From Camelus dromedarius (Eukaryota): DNA of 64,000 nucleotides. Shown piece by piece: positions 12,644 to 25,620 of this stretch (position 1 is its first letter; every line of letters starts with the position of its first letter). A program made the translations under genes and the position numbers. The notes under the pieces are model-generated. The model saw nothing but the letters and a program-made list of their open reading frames with translations. It was not told where the DNA came from and did not search any database. The stretch lies in assembly GCF_036321535.1 (NCBI RefSeq), contig NC_087437.1, forward strand, positions 63,490,001 to 63,554,000. Direction: 5' to 3'.

Positions 12644-15259
12644 GGCTTTGGGCATTTTTAAGCATTAATACTTTCCAAAAGCCTAGTCTTTGGCTCGCAC
12701 TGCCTTCATTAAGGGATGAGACTCAGCTCTCTGATTTGTGAGCTGCAAACTTTTTCAGTTTGTCTCCACCAGCTTCTTCCTGCCTCAGCTCATAGCCTGA
12801 GCCTTTTCTGTATCTTCCAAACAGCTCTCTGAGCCAGAATCCTTCTCTAGGCCCCAGTTTGCATCTGCCCTCTGCCTTATTCTTCAGGGCCGTCTGCCTT
12901 GTCCCCGTGTCTGACACTGACTGACATAGGGGTGGGCTCAATTTCCTAGTCTCAGGCTTGTAGATTCCTCCAGTCATACAGGGTCAAGTCTGGAACTGCT
13001 CTTTGTTCTACTTTTTCTCTCTTCTTCTCCACACATCAGGTCCTAGCCCACGTATTTATCAATTTTAATCTTCCCATTTGAATCATATTCTTACTCAGAG
13101 TGTATTTGTCACTTTGTCTTCATTGGGTCCCAAGGAGGAATCTTTAGAGGTGGATACTGTCTCCCCCAGTAGAGAGGAAGCTTCCTCAGACAGGGGCTGT
13201 CTGTACTGACTCTAACAGAGGGAGGCAACAGATACAGGGCTGCATCCTGTGAGCAGGAAACACTGAAGACTCGGTTCCTATTCCCTAAGCATTGATCAGG
13301 GTGGTCAAATCTGGGTGTGCACACTTGTCTTATAAGATTTCCTGTTGCATCTGGCTTCTCCGTCTCCTCTCTGAGAGTAGGTGCTCGCTGAGTTGAGACC
13401 ACTTAATCATCTATGTATCTCTTACAAATGTCTAGTACAGGACCAGGGAACAGTCCTTTGTAAGCCTTTGTCAAGTGAGTGCATGAACAGCCCCTAGTCA
13501 GTGAATAAGACCCAATGCTCTTTGGTCAGAGTATAAAATACTATAAAATGTGTGACAAAAGCTATTGGCAAGAAGCTCTCAGAAGACTTCATGGAGAAAG
13601 TGAGATCCATCCTAGGTCATTGCAGAAGTCATTAATTTATTCAATTACAAAATAAGGCTGTGGTGCTTCACTGTGCTCTCAAGAATACTTTGGGGATGGA
13701 GGGGAGGACTGGTGAAGTATCTTGCCAAAAGATGAGATGGTCTTGGAATAGCTTTTTGATATCTGGAACTTTCTCGCCTATGAGCCTGTTTGACCTCCCT
13801 GAAAGGCTGGAGTGGAAAAAGCATGAATTCAAGGAACTTGTACAAATTACTTATCTTCTTTGAACTTCATTTTTATTACCTGTAAAATTAGCATAGTAAT
13901 GCTGACCTTCCAGGACCACTGGGAGGATTAAATGAAATGATGTGTATAATGTGGTGTATATAGAGTGAGGCCAGATGTCCACCCCCTCCATCCTTGTGCA
14001 GCAGGAGGAGGTGTGGTAATGGCCTCGGGAGGCCTGTGCTGTGGTCTCCACTGACCCTGCAAAAGCACTGTAACCCCAGCCTGACCTGCTGGTAGGTTGC
14101 TTAGGAGAGGAGTTGAGAAGTGATAGGAAAAAGGTTTCGTGTGCAGTTCATGAGTTAAGAGACTATTACTTAATTGCGGGTTTGATGGAAAACATTATGT
14201 GAGGTTGGTTCAGATCTTTCCGGAGGTCTGCCAGCAACCTCAGAAGTGGAGCCTTATTGAAAACAGCTGGAGAAGAGCCTGGCGCCCAGCCTCCCCTTGC
14301 TTGTCCATGCCCAGAGCTGTCTCGCTCCGTGGACAGAGCTCAGTTCCCGGGACTCTGCCAAAGCCCTGGCAGCCTCAGCTGGGGACGGGTGGTGGCTCTG
14401 CCCAGGTCCAGACTCCAGCTCAAAGGTTGAAAGCAGTTAAATCTGAGAGGATTTGGCCAGGACTGCCAGTGGCTATTTCTCTCAGGGCTTGGAGTTAACC
14501 ACTGACTTGCATCCTTGCAGGATGAGTTAACCAATGCGAGGTTCTCTGGGTATGGGTGTGGGCTGCCTGCTGGGCAAGTGATGGATGGACTTGGTTGTCC
14601 TTTGAAGTCCTTTCCACGGTCCTGCTGGCCAGCAGCTAGGGAGTGAGGACATTGTTCAAAGCTCCCATTCGGAAGCCTCAGCCCCTCTGCTGCAAAGGGC
14701 CTTCCGTGGAGAATGCTCCCAGCCCTGCTCCAGCCACAGCCCATTTGGTCTTATTCCACTTGGTCACCAGCCATGCCGATTTCAGCCGGATTTTCTTACA
14801 GACAAGTATGGCATGCCATTCCCTCAGCCTTCCTCTCTGAGGGGACTGTTAGTCACAGCCATTCTCTTTTTTAATTTACTTTCCCCCCAAAAATGTGCTC
14901 ATAGAAAATTTGCATAATTTGAACTTCAGTCAGTTTTCAATTTTTTGGTGTTATTCAAGAAAGTAAAATATATTCACTGTAAAAAAAATTTGGAAATACA
15001 GAAAAGTATAGAAAAAATAATCTTACCACCAGAAATAGCAGCTGTTTACATTTTTGTATATTTCCTTTTAATGTTTCTCTTCTATAACAGGAAGAATGTA
15101 TATGGTTATTCAACATTGTATTATACATATTAAATAACTAGTTTTATGAGTTGCCTTTTTATATAAACTAATATTTAATTAATGTTTTCTCGTATGCCTC
15201 AAGATTATAATTTTTAATAGTTGTATAATATTTCATCCTTTTGTACCATAATTGTTTAA

Positions 15260-15737
15260 TTTTAATTAATTTTTTATGCTTTAGAACAGTTCTTAAAATA
15301 GATTATGCTCTCAGCCCATAATTGTTCAATTAAACTTTTCTTCCAAAATAACTTAGAGCTAGAAAATTATTTTTCATATTAAAAAGCAGAACTCATCCAT
15401 TTTCTCCAATGTTCTTGGAGGGTAAAGCTGGTCCAATGGACCAGATGTAACAAAGGGTATGCTTCTTATTTTGGCTTCTCTGTTTTAATGAGCAGAGAAT
15501 ATCCTTCATTGTTTTCATCCTGGTTTCAGTATAATAGTATCAGTATCCCTTTCTTCCTCTGAATTGATCTGGCATCCAAAATTTACCTTTTACATTAAAA
15601 AAAATGCATATTTCAAAGCTTCACAGTTTCCTTCCTTTAGACACTGCTGAGGGAACTTTCCTTCTGGGACGTGGTGTTGTTTCCACCTCTGAGGCCTCCA
15701 CCAGCTTCCATTCCCAGTGGCTCCCACCTGGCTGGAG
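15260..15737 (-). pseudogene. COA5: Decayed processed pseudogene fragment of COA5 (cytochrome c oxidase assembly factor 5); coding remnant 15540-15664 plus presumed 3' UTR and A-rich tail
   Basis: Minus strand reads EGKFPQQCLKEGNCEALKYAFF/xCKR*ILDARS/FRGRKGY* vs recalled human COA5 C-terminus EGKSPRQCLKEGYCNSLKYAFFECKRSVLDNRARFRGRKGY*; +1 frameshift, in-frame TAA, 2-nt deletion; no intron; A-rich end near 15260-15276. Outer boundaries approximate. Confidence 0.85.
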
Positions 15738-16900
15738 AGTTATTTTAAATAGACTACGTTTGGGACATTTGGCTTGATAATATTTGATCTTTTACATAAA
15801 CTTACATCCATCATCACAGACATCTTTGATAATTCTCTGAGCAAGAATCCTTCTCTGGGTCCCAGTTCGCATCTGCCCTCTGCCTTACCCTCCTGGTATC
15901 TGAAACAAATATTAGACTTACTGGATCTTTTTAAGTCTCTTGATAGCTATTTCCAAATTGTTAAGACAGCCTCATAAGATCAGCTTTGATCTGCTAATTT
16001 CATAGCTAAGAAAAATGAAATTCAAATTGTTACATCATCAGTGTTTATAGAATTTAATTTTCCCATATTCTCATAAGCATTGGTTATCACTTTACCTATG
16101 AAATTAACAAACTTTAATAATGAACGATATCACATTTTATTTCACATTTGCTTGATTAATTTTAAATTAAACTTTTTAAAAATTGAAGTATAGTCAGTTT
16201 ACTAAATTAAACTTTTTTAATATGTTTGGCTGCCTCATGAACTTACTGCCCATACCCTTTATTTTTTTTCTTTATGTACTTTTTTATTTAGTCATATAAA
16301 CTTTTTATATATTAAGAACTTCCACCTTTGTTTTCTATGTATAATTCAAATATTTTTCATTTGTTTCATTTTGGTCATAATTTTACTTTTGTACAAAAGT
16401 TTAAATTTAAGTGGGTAAGTGTCTTTATGGTTTCTGCCAATGGTATCACTTGGAATCTCTAAGATTATATATGCATTTCTTCTAGATATTTTTTTAACTT
16501 TTAACATTTTAATCAAAGTGGATGTTTCTGTGTGTAGTGTGAGGTAGGGCTCTTAAATATGGTTTTTTCAAATGATCCATATTTACTCAATAATTCATTA
16601 TTTTTCCCATTCATTTAAAGGCACTTTTTTACCATGTACTAAAGGCACATGTATAGAGATTGCTTTTGGATATTTGGCACTGTTTTATTAATAATGTGTT
16701 TATTTTTGTATCAGAACCAAAATGACTTTAATTATGGTTTTTTAACATTTCCATATTTAACAGTATGATCCCACTGATTACTATTAAGCTAGGGATAAAG
16801 TATTTTTCTTTATTTATTCAAGACTTCTCATATGTTGTTTAGAAAGTTTTTAAACTTTCGTTACGTAGGACCTTTGCATATCTTAAGTTTATTCCTAGAT

Positions 16901-16901
<1 letters not shown>

Positions 16902-16934
<33 letters not shown>

Positions 16935-16959
16935 TGTTTGTGTGAGTGTGTGTTTGTGT
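16902..16959. repeat. (GT)n microsatellite: 15 perfect units then degenerate
   Basis: Directly visible. Confidence 0.95.
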
Positions 16960-17089
16960 ACACGTGCACCTGCACATGTAGATCTTTTCTAACTGGTAAT
17001 AGGTACTAGATATGAAAACAGTCTTGCTTTTTGAGTAGTTTATAACTGGCTAAAGCCAATATCAGAGGTATCTTCATAGCCTTTAATGG

Positions 17090-17610
17090 TTTTATTATTG
17101 AACAAAAAATACTAAAAATTAATGAACCAAACATTCAGCTCACAAAAATCAAATAATAAAACAAACCAAAGGAAAGCAGAAGCAAGATTTTTATATAAAA
17201 GAAATTAATTCATTACAAAGTAGAAAAATGATATTAGTGAATACATTTAAGGATTAGTCTTAAAAATAAGAACTAGGCAAACCCAACTAGACCAATCAAA
17301 GAAAAACAGAAAATATACATAAAATTTAGAAATGAGACTCTAACCACTGATCTGGAGTTGACAAAAATGAGATTTTCACATTCAACTCTGATAATATATT
17401 TAGAAATCTTGAAAGAAATTTTTTTTCTAAGAAAACAGGAACTACCAAAATTGACTAAAAAAGAAATTGAAGACCTGAAAAGTCTAGTGGAAGAAACTGG
17501 AAGGTTGAGGAAACATCTGAAAACATGCTGGATCCAGATAGTTTTGTGGGTGAGTTCATTAAACCCTTCAAGGAACAGATCATTCCAAGCTCTGTATTTG
17601 TAGCACAAAG
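17090..17610 (+). mobile_element. Ancient L1 ORF2 fragment (sense), abutting an antisense ancient L1 region at about 15900-16900
   Basis: A-rich; aaaattaatgaaccaaacattcagctcac and FLRKQELPKLTKKEIEDL resemble L1 ORF2 (FLxxYxLPxLxxEEIExL). Confidence 0.7.
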
Positions 17611-17699
17611 GTTATTCACAATATGAATGGAATATTTCTTTCAAGTTCGTTCTCACCTTTATGCATTCAACTCTGTAAATTCTTAGAAGACTAAGATTT

Positions 17700-18540
17700 G
17701 GGGTGAAAGGCATCTCAGAGGGTAGGAAGTTTCCCTTGACAACATCCCAGCCAGGTGGTCCTCCAGCCTCCTTATGAGCACTTCTGGGGTTGGGGATCTG
17801 TCATGTTACACTTAGTCCCTTTCATTGTTCAGGCATGCTATCCTTTTTTGTATCAGCCTAAGTCTGCTTAGATTTTGGACCTATTCTTCCCTGTTCTGGA
17901 GCTATGCAGCAGATAGAATCTTTTATGCAAGAGCTCTTCATATATTTGAAGACAGGTATGTCCTCCTTGTGGCATGTTTTATTTCAGGCTAAATATACCT
18001 CCTTCCATCAACTAGCCTTTATGTTCCTTTAGTAAACAACTGTTGAGCACCTGCAAGGTGCCAGGAGGGCAGTGGGCATGGTCATCACCTCACAGATCAT
18101 GAGCCCCTTCATCAGTGTCCTGTTAACATGTGGCATCTGTACCTGGGAGCATCCTGTCAGTGGTGGTGGGACAGAATGGGGCTGCCCCCTCCTTGTTTGC
18201 ACACTATGCTCTATTAATGCATCTTAAGACTGAATAATGTTTAGGAGACTCTCGCCCAGCTCCTTTGACACATGAGCTGCCCCTGCCACTCCGATTATTT
18301 CTAGTTGATGATTTAGAACCTTCACGATACTTGTTCTCTGCTAAATTTCTATTCATTTGGACCTTTGTTCTTTTAGGATGTCGATTCTGTTAGCCCACAT
18401 GTTATGACCCCAGTATTGATGCCAACTTTAGTTCTCATGAGCAGCTTTGCTGTCTTCATTCAAGTAATTAGTAAAAAAAAGTTGGTGCAAAGGAGAAATA
18501 TGAAGTCCTGGGACCTCCCAGAAAGATCAGGTCATTAATT
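17700..18540. mobile_element. CR1/L3 LINE relic with embedded L2-like pieces
   Basis: caacatcccagccaggtggtcctccagcctc and cttcattcaagtaattagtaaaaaaaagttgg resemble antisense CR1 RT/3' sequence. Confidence 0.45.
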
Positions 18541-21500
18541 TCAAAATACTGGTTGATCACCTACTACATGGCAAGCAGTGTGCTGGGAGTTGATGATTCA
18601 CTGGTGAGCCAAACCTGTGTAGGTCTTTCCACAAGCAGTTACGGTCTAGTGCTGTGAGGCAGGCGGGAGTAACTGCAGATGGAAGAATTATAAACTGTGA
18701 TGAGACCCACTGAAGAAAGAACATGAGGTGCCATGAGCACATAGCAGCGTGACCTCGTTTGGGACAAGAAAGAAAGGGCCTTCTGACATGACAGTTGAGC
18801 TGGGACATAAAGAGTAGAGAGGAGAGGCATCAGTCAACCATCCGCTCAGTAGTGGACTTAGTCATGCTGGACATGGAGACAGCTTCTAAGTAGGTGTAAT
18901 GTCTAGTTCCCCCTCTTGAGTAACGCAGTCCTGTAGGGAGTTGTGCCAAATGTGCCTGGAAAAGGCAGCAGCATAACCCATGTTACTGATATAGGTGCTG
19001 TCATCTCACATTGTTGTGAGCCATGTGATTTAAAAGTCTCATTTTTTTTTTCCAGTAAAGTCATCCAAATATCCTTTTGGAGTTCCAAAATTTTGATGTT
19101 CAGACTTTATAACACCGACTGCTTCTTGCATCTGGAGGCTGCCCATGAATCTCTTGTCAGATAATGTGTGCTGATTTTGCATGGAAAATCTGGTCACTGT
19201 GCTTGCCATAGGGCAGAAAGAAATATGGAAGGTGATGTAATGGTGATTAGTTTGCCCCGGATTTTCTGGAACAGGCCTGATTTTAAACAGCCTGCCCTGT
19301 GATCAGATAAATGTCTGCTGGTTTTTAAAATGTTATCACTTTAGATAACAGTGTAAGTGCAGAAAGTTGGGAGGTGAGAGAGCTCAGAAGGGGTTGGATA
19401 ATTGGGGAGGCTCTCAAAGGGGAGTGAGTGGTCCTGGAGGAGGGAGCAGAGAGGGGAAGGCAGTAGTATCTTGGAACTGCTCCTCGCTGGGTTCCACTAG
19501 CTATAAGACTCTAGGGTATCTGTCTTGTTCACTTAACAGCGTGTGGTAAGTGTTTCTAAAAAGGACAAAATTAAGAGGATAAATCTGATGTGTGGTATCT
19601 CTTATATACAAATAGAAATAGAACTACAGTTATTTCCTTTGCAGCAGACAGATAACTGAGAATCCATTGTATTGGCATTTAGTCCTGGCTGGAAGATATT
19701 TTTTCAGCTTTTTAATTAAGTACCACCTATTTAGAGATGGAGCACTATCTCCAGTACCCATCTGCAGGTGTACTTAGAGAGGTAGGTTCTCTGTGGCCAA
19801 GGTGTGGGGTGGGGGCAGGAGCAGCAGTGGCCTGAGCCCAGAGTGCTGTCAGGGGTCTTCGCCTTAGAGGAGGCCTGGGTGAGTTGCATGGGTCCAGTGA
19901 CCCAGCTGGGCAGAGCTGAGGATTCTGACTCTGCCACGGCCTGCATTCGTGGCTCGCACGTCTACTCTGGGGGAGGTTCTGCCAGGGGCAGCAAAATCAG
20001 CTCCAAAGAAGCCGAGGGCCAAGGCAGTGCTGGTTTTTTCCACTTCTCCCTGTCCAGCCAAAGGAAGGGAAAAACACCAACCTTGGAAATGGAAGCCTGT
20101 CCCTGGCCCTTTACCCAGCTGAGAGGCTCTTGACAGAAAACAACTTTGGAATAAACACTGCTCTCACGCTTGCATCCTGCCACTGAGAGTAATGGGCTCT
20201 CAGCCTCAGGCAGCCCTGATCCTTCTGGGCTCCAGACTGGCCTGCCTCCCCTAGGCTCCTGGGGCAAGAGCTCCCTGTCCTGCTCAGGCCGGGGTGGGCT
20301 CCAGTGTCGGTGAAGCGGCTGCCATGGGAAGTCAGTGAGAGGCAGGAAGTGTTACCAGAATTCCCAGAGGCTAGGGGCTCCCTAAGAAAGTGAGTGGTCA
20401 TGACAGAAAGAGTCAAGCTTTTCTGGTCTAGAGTGGACTCTCTGGGGGCATAAGAAGTTTACGCACCTTTTGGATACCCAACCTGAAGTTGACCCTTTTT
20501 CACAACACAAAGTAAGAACCAAGCCATCATTTCCGGCACCATCTCCCAACAGCCTGCCTCCCCAAAAGCACCGCACAGGCGCCATTCTTCCGTGACAATT
20601 GCTTCTCCCTGCCACTTCATGACACTCTCCAGGGGACTGACAAACCCATCTTTCCTCTTCCCCATTCCTCAGGCCTGGAGGTGAGTATAGCTGACTTGCT
20701 TAATTCAGTCAAGACCTTATTTATTAGAAACTAAAAAAATACATACTTATATGGTGGGTAGTAACTGGCCTGGTAAGGGACAGGCAATGGAAAGAGACTT
20801 GTCATTACCTATTTTTTTATACCTCTCTATCCTTTTAAGGTTTCAAATCATGTGATTGTATTACCTATCAAAAAATTAATCTAAGTAATCTTTTCAAAAA
20901 TTCAATTTTCTAGAAGCTATCCCTATATTTTGTGGTCAGTCGCATGGGCTTGAACCTAGCCCTGTCAGGGTCATCATGGCCCACTCTCTGGTTATGAAAA
21001 GATATTTTTCATGTGAAAAAAAAGACCTTACTTATTAGGGTGACCCTGGTGCTGCCAGCACATTCACTCATGTCTAGCAGCTGCATGGGCTGCACCTGAA
21101 ATTCTCTGATCTGGGTGGTCTGGGTGGTCTGCTTTTCTTGTAGTAATCTGGGATATGGGCTGATTTTGAATATTCCTCCACCAGCCAGGGGTTGGTCGGG
21201 TGGAAGCAGGCTCTAAGGACCCTGAGCACACAGCTTTGGGGGATGGGGAGATACCCTAGCCTTCTAGCTAGTGATTATAGCTGCCGTGTGTGGGGCTGGC
21301 CTCCTCTGGGGATGAATGTGCTTGGTGCCAGCTCAGCTGGGCCCCAGCCCCCCAGATCCCCGAGGATCACACAGTTGAAAGGGACATTGGCAGGAGGGGG
21401 GAAAGGAAATTTTGAGTTTTGTTTTCACTAAATAACTGGGCAACTTTTCCCTCCAGTTTTCCAGATGCTTCTTCAGAAAAGAAATTTCAATGGCTTGGAC

Positions 21501-22599
21501 TAGGAAGTCTAAATATGCTTTAAATGTGTGTTTTGAACTAAGACTCAAACCCCCTTGGCATTCCCTGACCCCAACATTGCCACCAACAGACACCCAGACA
21601 AGCACGGCACGCACAGACTTGCTCACTGTGGGACCTTCTATGAGGGTCCTGGCGTTTGTTTCTTCTCTCTTTCCTGTGTCCCCTGGGGCACTGCCCTAAA
21701 ATTCCTGAACAATAGCTTGTGCAAGAACTGCACTGCGTGCAACTCAGTTGGCAGGAGCAATAAATCAGGCAGAAGTGGCTGCAAAGCACTCCCCCGATTA
21801 CACTGGGACTGTTTGTGGAGAGAGGTTGGAGGAGAAGGAGCCTCAAGACTCCTCCTAGGCTGTGCTTTCACTGCCCTGGCCTGGGATCCGACTCTGTTCA
21901 CCTCTCTTTGAGCCCATCCCAGGATGGGGACCCCGAGGGGGCTGCCACAAAGTCGGCAGAGCTGCTGGGAACCATCTCCTGTCTAGTCAAACTTGAGTGG
22001 CTGGTTCTTACGAACCCAGATCTTTCAGCCACCCCACCCCAGCTCCCTTGGGGCTGATGCTGTATTGGGAGGTGGCCCCTGGAGTCCTGCTCAGCTCACA
22101 GCAGCTGCACCATTGTAGGGCTCCCCCATCCTCCCCGTGCTCCTTTAGTCCTCTGTCCATGCCTCTTCTGCGGCACTGATCATGCGTGCTCTGGTCAATT
22201 GCGTGGCCCTGTCGTCTTGCAGACCAGGAGCCACTCCAGGGTGGGCAACCAGTTGTCTCCATCTTATTTCCTGGTGGTGGGAGAAGGCTCATTTGGCAGG
22301 AGTACAGTGGGCAAGGACAGAGAGGGGAGACAAATAGGCAGGGGCCAGGCCACCTAGGGTCTTGGGAGCCACAGTCAGTGGGTATTATTCTTAGTGCAAT
22401 GAGAAGCCATTGGAGAATTATAAAATCAAGAAGTGACTTTGGTCTGATTTACATGTTTTCAAACTTTTATTTCTTGATTTTAATACCTAGCATAAAGCTG
22501 TTGTACTAAAGGCAATGTCATGTTTGGAAAAGCGATAAACATATAGATAATTGAAATAAAACAATGTTCAAAATAGATCCATTATATATAACTCATTGA

Positions 22600-23315
22600 T
22601 TTTTTTATTGTATAAAATATACATAGCATAAAATTGACTATTTTAACCATGTTTAAGTGTATATACAGTTCAGTGGTATTAAGTACATTCATATTGTTGT
22701 GCAACTATCACCACCACTCATTTCCCAAACTTTTCTCATCTTACAAAACCGAAACTCTATACCCATTAAACAACAACTCCCCATTTCCCGCCTCCTCCCA
22801 GCCCCTGGCAACCACCATTCCATTTTCTATCTCCATGAATTTGATTACTCTATATAAGTGGAATCATACAGTATTTGTCCTTTTTTGACTGGCTTATTTC
22901 ATTCAGCTTAATATCCTCAAGAGTCATCCATGTTGTAGCATGTGTCACAATTTCCTTCCTTTTTAAAGCTGAATGATCATTACATTGTATACATCTACCA
23001 TATTTATGTATCCATGCATCCATTGATGGACACTTGGGATGTTTCCACCTTTTGGCTACTGTGAATAATTCTGATATGAACATGGATGTACAAATATCTG
23101 TTCATGTCCCTGCTTTCAGTTCTTTTGGGTTTATACTCAGAAGTGGAATTGCTGGATCACATGGTAATTCTATTTTTAATTTTTTGAGGAAACACCATAC
23201 TGTTTTGCATAGCAGCTGTACCATTCTACATTCTCACCAGCAGTATACAGGGATTTCAGTTTCTCCATATCTTTACTTATTTTCTGGTTTTCTAAAATGT
23301 TAACTATCCTTAACA
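22600..23315 (-). mobile_element. L1MA/L1MB-type 3' end with ORF2 C-terminal remnant
   Basis: ORF 22850-23083 [27 protein letters not shown]...HATTWMTLEDIKLNEISQSKKDKYCMIPLI is the L1 ORF2 terminus. Confidence 0.9.
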
Positions 23316-23329
23316 TGAGTTTTTATTAA

Positions 23330-25620
23330 AAGAAAATGAAAATTTATAAATCTGTGAGGACAAACAGAATGGGAGAGAGACAATAGCAGACAAGTCATGT
23401 CAACAAATTGACGGATGATGGAAAACAAATAGGTGATTGGCTGACTTGGATTTTAACTTCCTGCGTTGTGCTAGGCCTGTGGCTAAGGGAGTGGGAAATA
23501 AGAAAAAGTAAACCTTCTTGTGCCAAAAAAAAAAAAAAAACCCCAAAAGGCTGAACAGTTGGAGGCATCATATACTTTCAAAGCCTGGGTTGTGGAGTGA
23601 AGCTGAAAACTGGAGGATTGGTTAAAAATGCAATAAGGAGCAGTTAGGTCCCAAATCCCCTCCTGTTCTCCATGTGCCAGGCCACTGCTCCTCCCCTACA
23701 CCTGAAAGATCCAAGGTTCTCTGTGCAGAGACTGAACCTGACCAGCTCTCAACTGCTGGGTACATGCACAGCTGCAGTCAGGGGTGTTGTCGTAGTCAGC
23801 AGGGAGAGGGGCATATTGCATAGAGACCTCTCATGGCCTTCCCTCAGCCAGAGTCCCAGATACTGGTAGAAAGACCTAATTACTGTGTCCCCAACACCAC
23901 CACCTAAGCAGGAAGTTAGAAGATTCCTCTCTGTGGAAACTGATCATCTCAAGAGACAAGATCCACAGATATTGATAGTTGAGAGTTTTTACTCATTCAC
24001 TCTACTGGGAGGTCCAACAACTTGACAAGGCTCCACTTGTGTGCTGAGAGTTTTAATTTCTTCACTCATGTATATGAAGTCAGGGAAGGGTCATCAGCTG
24101 TCCAAGGGAAGCCTCTGTTAGGAAAAAGACAAAAAGACAAGTAGAAATAGAAGATTACAGAAAACTTTGAAGAAATTTCATCTTATCTCACAGATAAGAT
24201 GTTGCTTCCATTAAACAAGAAGACGAGAATATTCAAAGCAGTTTTGAAAAACCAAAAAAGGAGATTTTTAAAAAAATTCATGGTAGCCAAAATAATAACT
24301 TCAGTAGACTGGCTGGAAGATAAGTTGAGGAAATCTCCCAGAGAGAACAAAAAGATGGAGGGGGAAACAGGTGCAAACAGAAAAGAAATGTAAAGAGTCA
24401 GTCCAGCAAGGTTCATATCCAGCTCAAGAGTTCCATAAAGAGAGCACAGTAAAAAACAGTGGAGAGAGGATTGTCGAAACACAAAAATCCCTCAAAATTG
24501 AAAGACTTGCATTGCCAATAATGAAAAGACTTATTACCAAGGGTCCAATGCAGTGAGTGAACAAAGGCCCACACCAAGAGAAGTCATCATGGAGTTCTGG
24601 ACTGTCAGGGATAAAGAGAAGATTCTACATGTGTGGGAGGAAAACACACACACCCGCACTCACCAGGTCGTAGAGGAAGGATCAGCATGGCGCTGTACCT
24701 CTCACAGCAACACTGGATGCCAGAATCACTGCCTTCAAATGCCAGGAAGCAACCCCTTCAAAATTCTGAAGAAAGCAAAGATTTTCCACTATAATCCCTT
24801 TCCTAGGTAAACTGTAAGTTGAGTATAAAGTAGAACCTTGACACTTTTGGAAATGCCAGGTTTAAAAATTTAACCTTCCGTGCATTCATTCTTAAGAAAC
24901 CACTGGAGAAGGATGTGTTCAACCAAAATGGAGGCATCTGCCAAGAAATTTCCCAGAGGATGGGAAGGAAGGTCCCTGGACCACTGTGCGTCAAGTCTAG
25001 AAAGCATCATTTAGATTGGAGGACAATGACAGAATGTTCCAAGAGGGTATCTCCAAAGAAGAAAAAAATAAAAGCCACTGATGAATTCATTATCTAATGC
25101 ATTTGACCATTGCTGAGAAGAATTTGATAGTTCTCTTGAGAGGGTTGGATTCTTAAAAAACGAATCCAACCAAACGTATGGCAGGTATTAACTCCAGGAA
25201 AAATGTAATCGTGATATACTATGTAGCTTGGCAGTGAGCAAAGTTAAAATGAAGCAGACCCTAACACACTGACATAATAAAAATTGTGATGTAGCTATTG
25301 GGGGATAGGAGAAGGGTTCATGTTGGGGGAGATTTGAGAGCTGAAAGCTCGTATTCCATATGGAGAAGTTAAGAAGTCATGTCTAATGTTAAAAAGAATA
25401 AAATGGTAGTTGTGTAAGCCTGTTGGTTAGAAATACAGAAAAAGAAATACCAAAAGAAATGGCTAAAAGAATTGAAGATGAATGCCTCAAGGAAGTGGAA
25501 ATTAGGGGTAGGAAGGGTAGAGCAGAGGCCTGCTTTTTTTTTTTTTAAATGACTTACAGTACCAGTTGATATTTTAACCATGTATGTACAGGTATTGTCT
25601 TAGAGAGAATGAAAACATTC
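23330..25620 (+). mobile_element. Ancient L1M/HAL1-like element with ORF1 remnant
   Basis: RPTPREVIMEFWTVRDKEKIL (24553 ORF) and FKILKK resemble L1 ORF1 RxTPRHIIVKF..KEKIL and FKVLKE; coiled-coil-like remnant at 24199-24393; boundaries approximate. Confidence 0.6.

Noticed and set aside
20831..20840. Perfect CArG box ccttttaagg
   Set aside because: Isolated, within an AT-rich old L1-like 3' fragment; expected by chance in 64 kb
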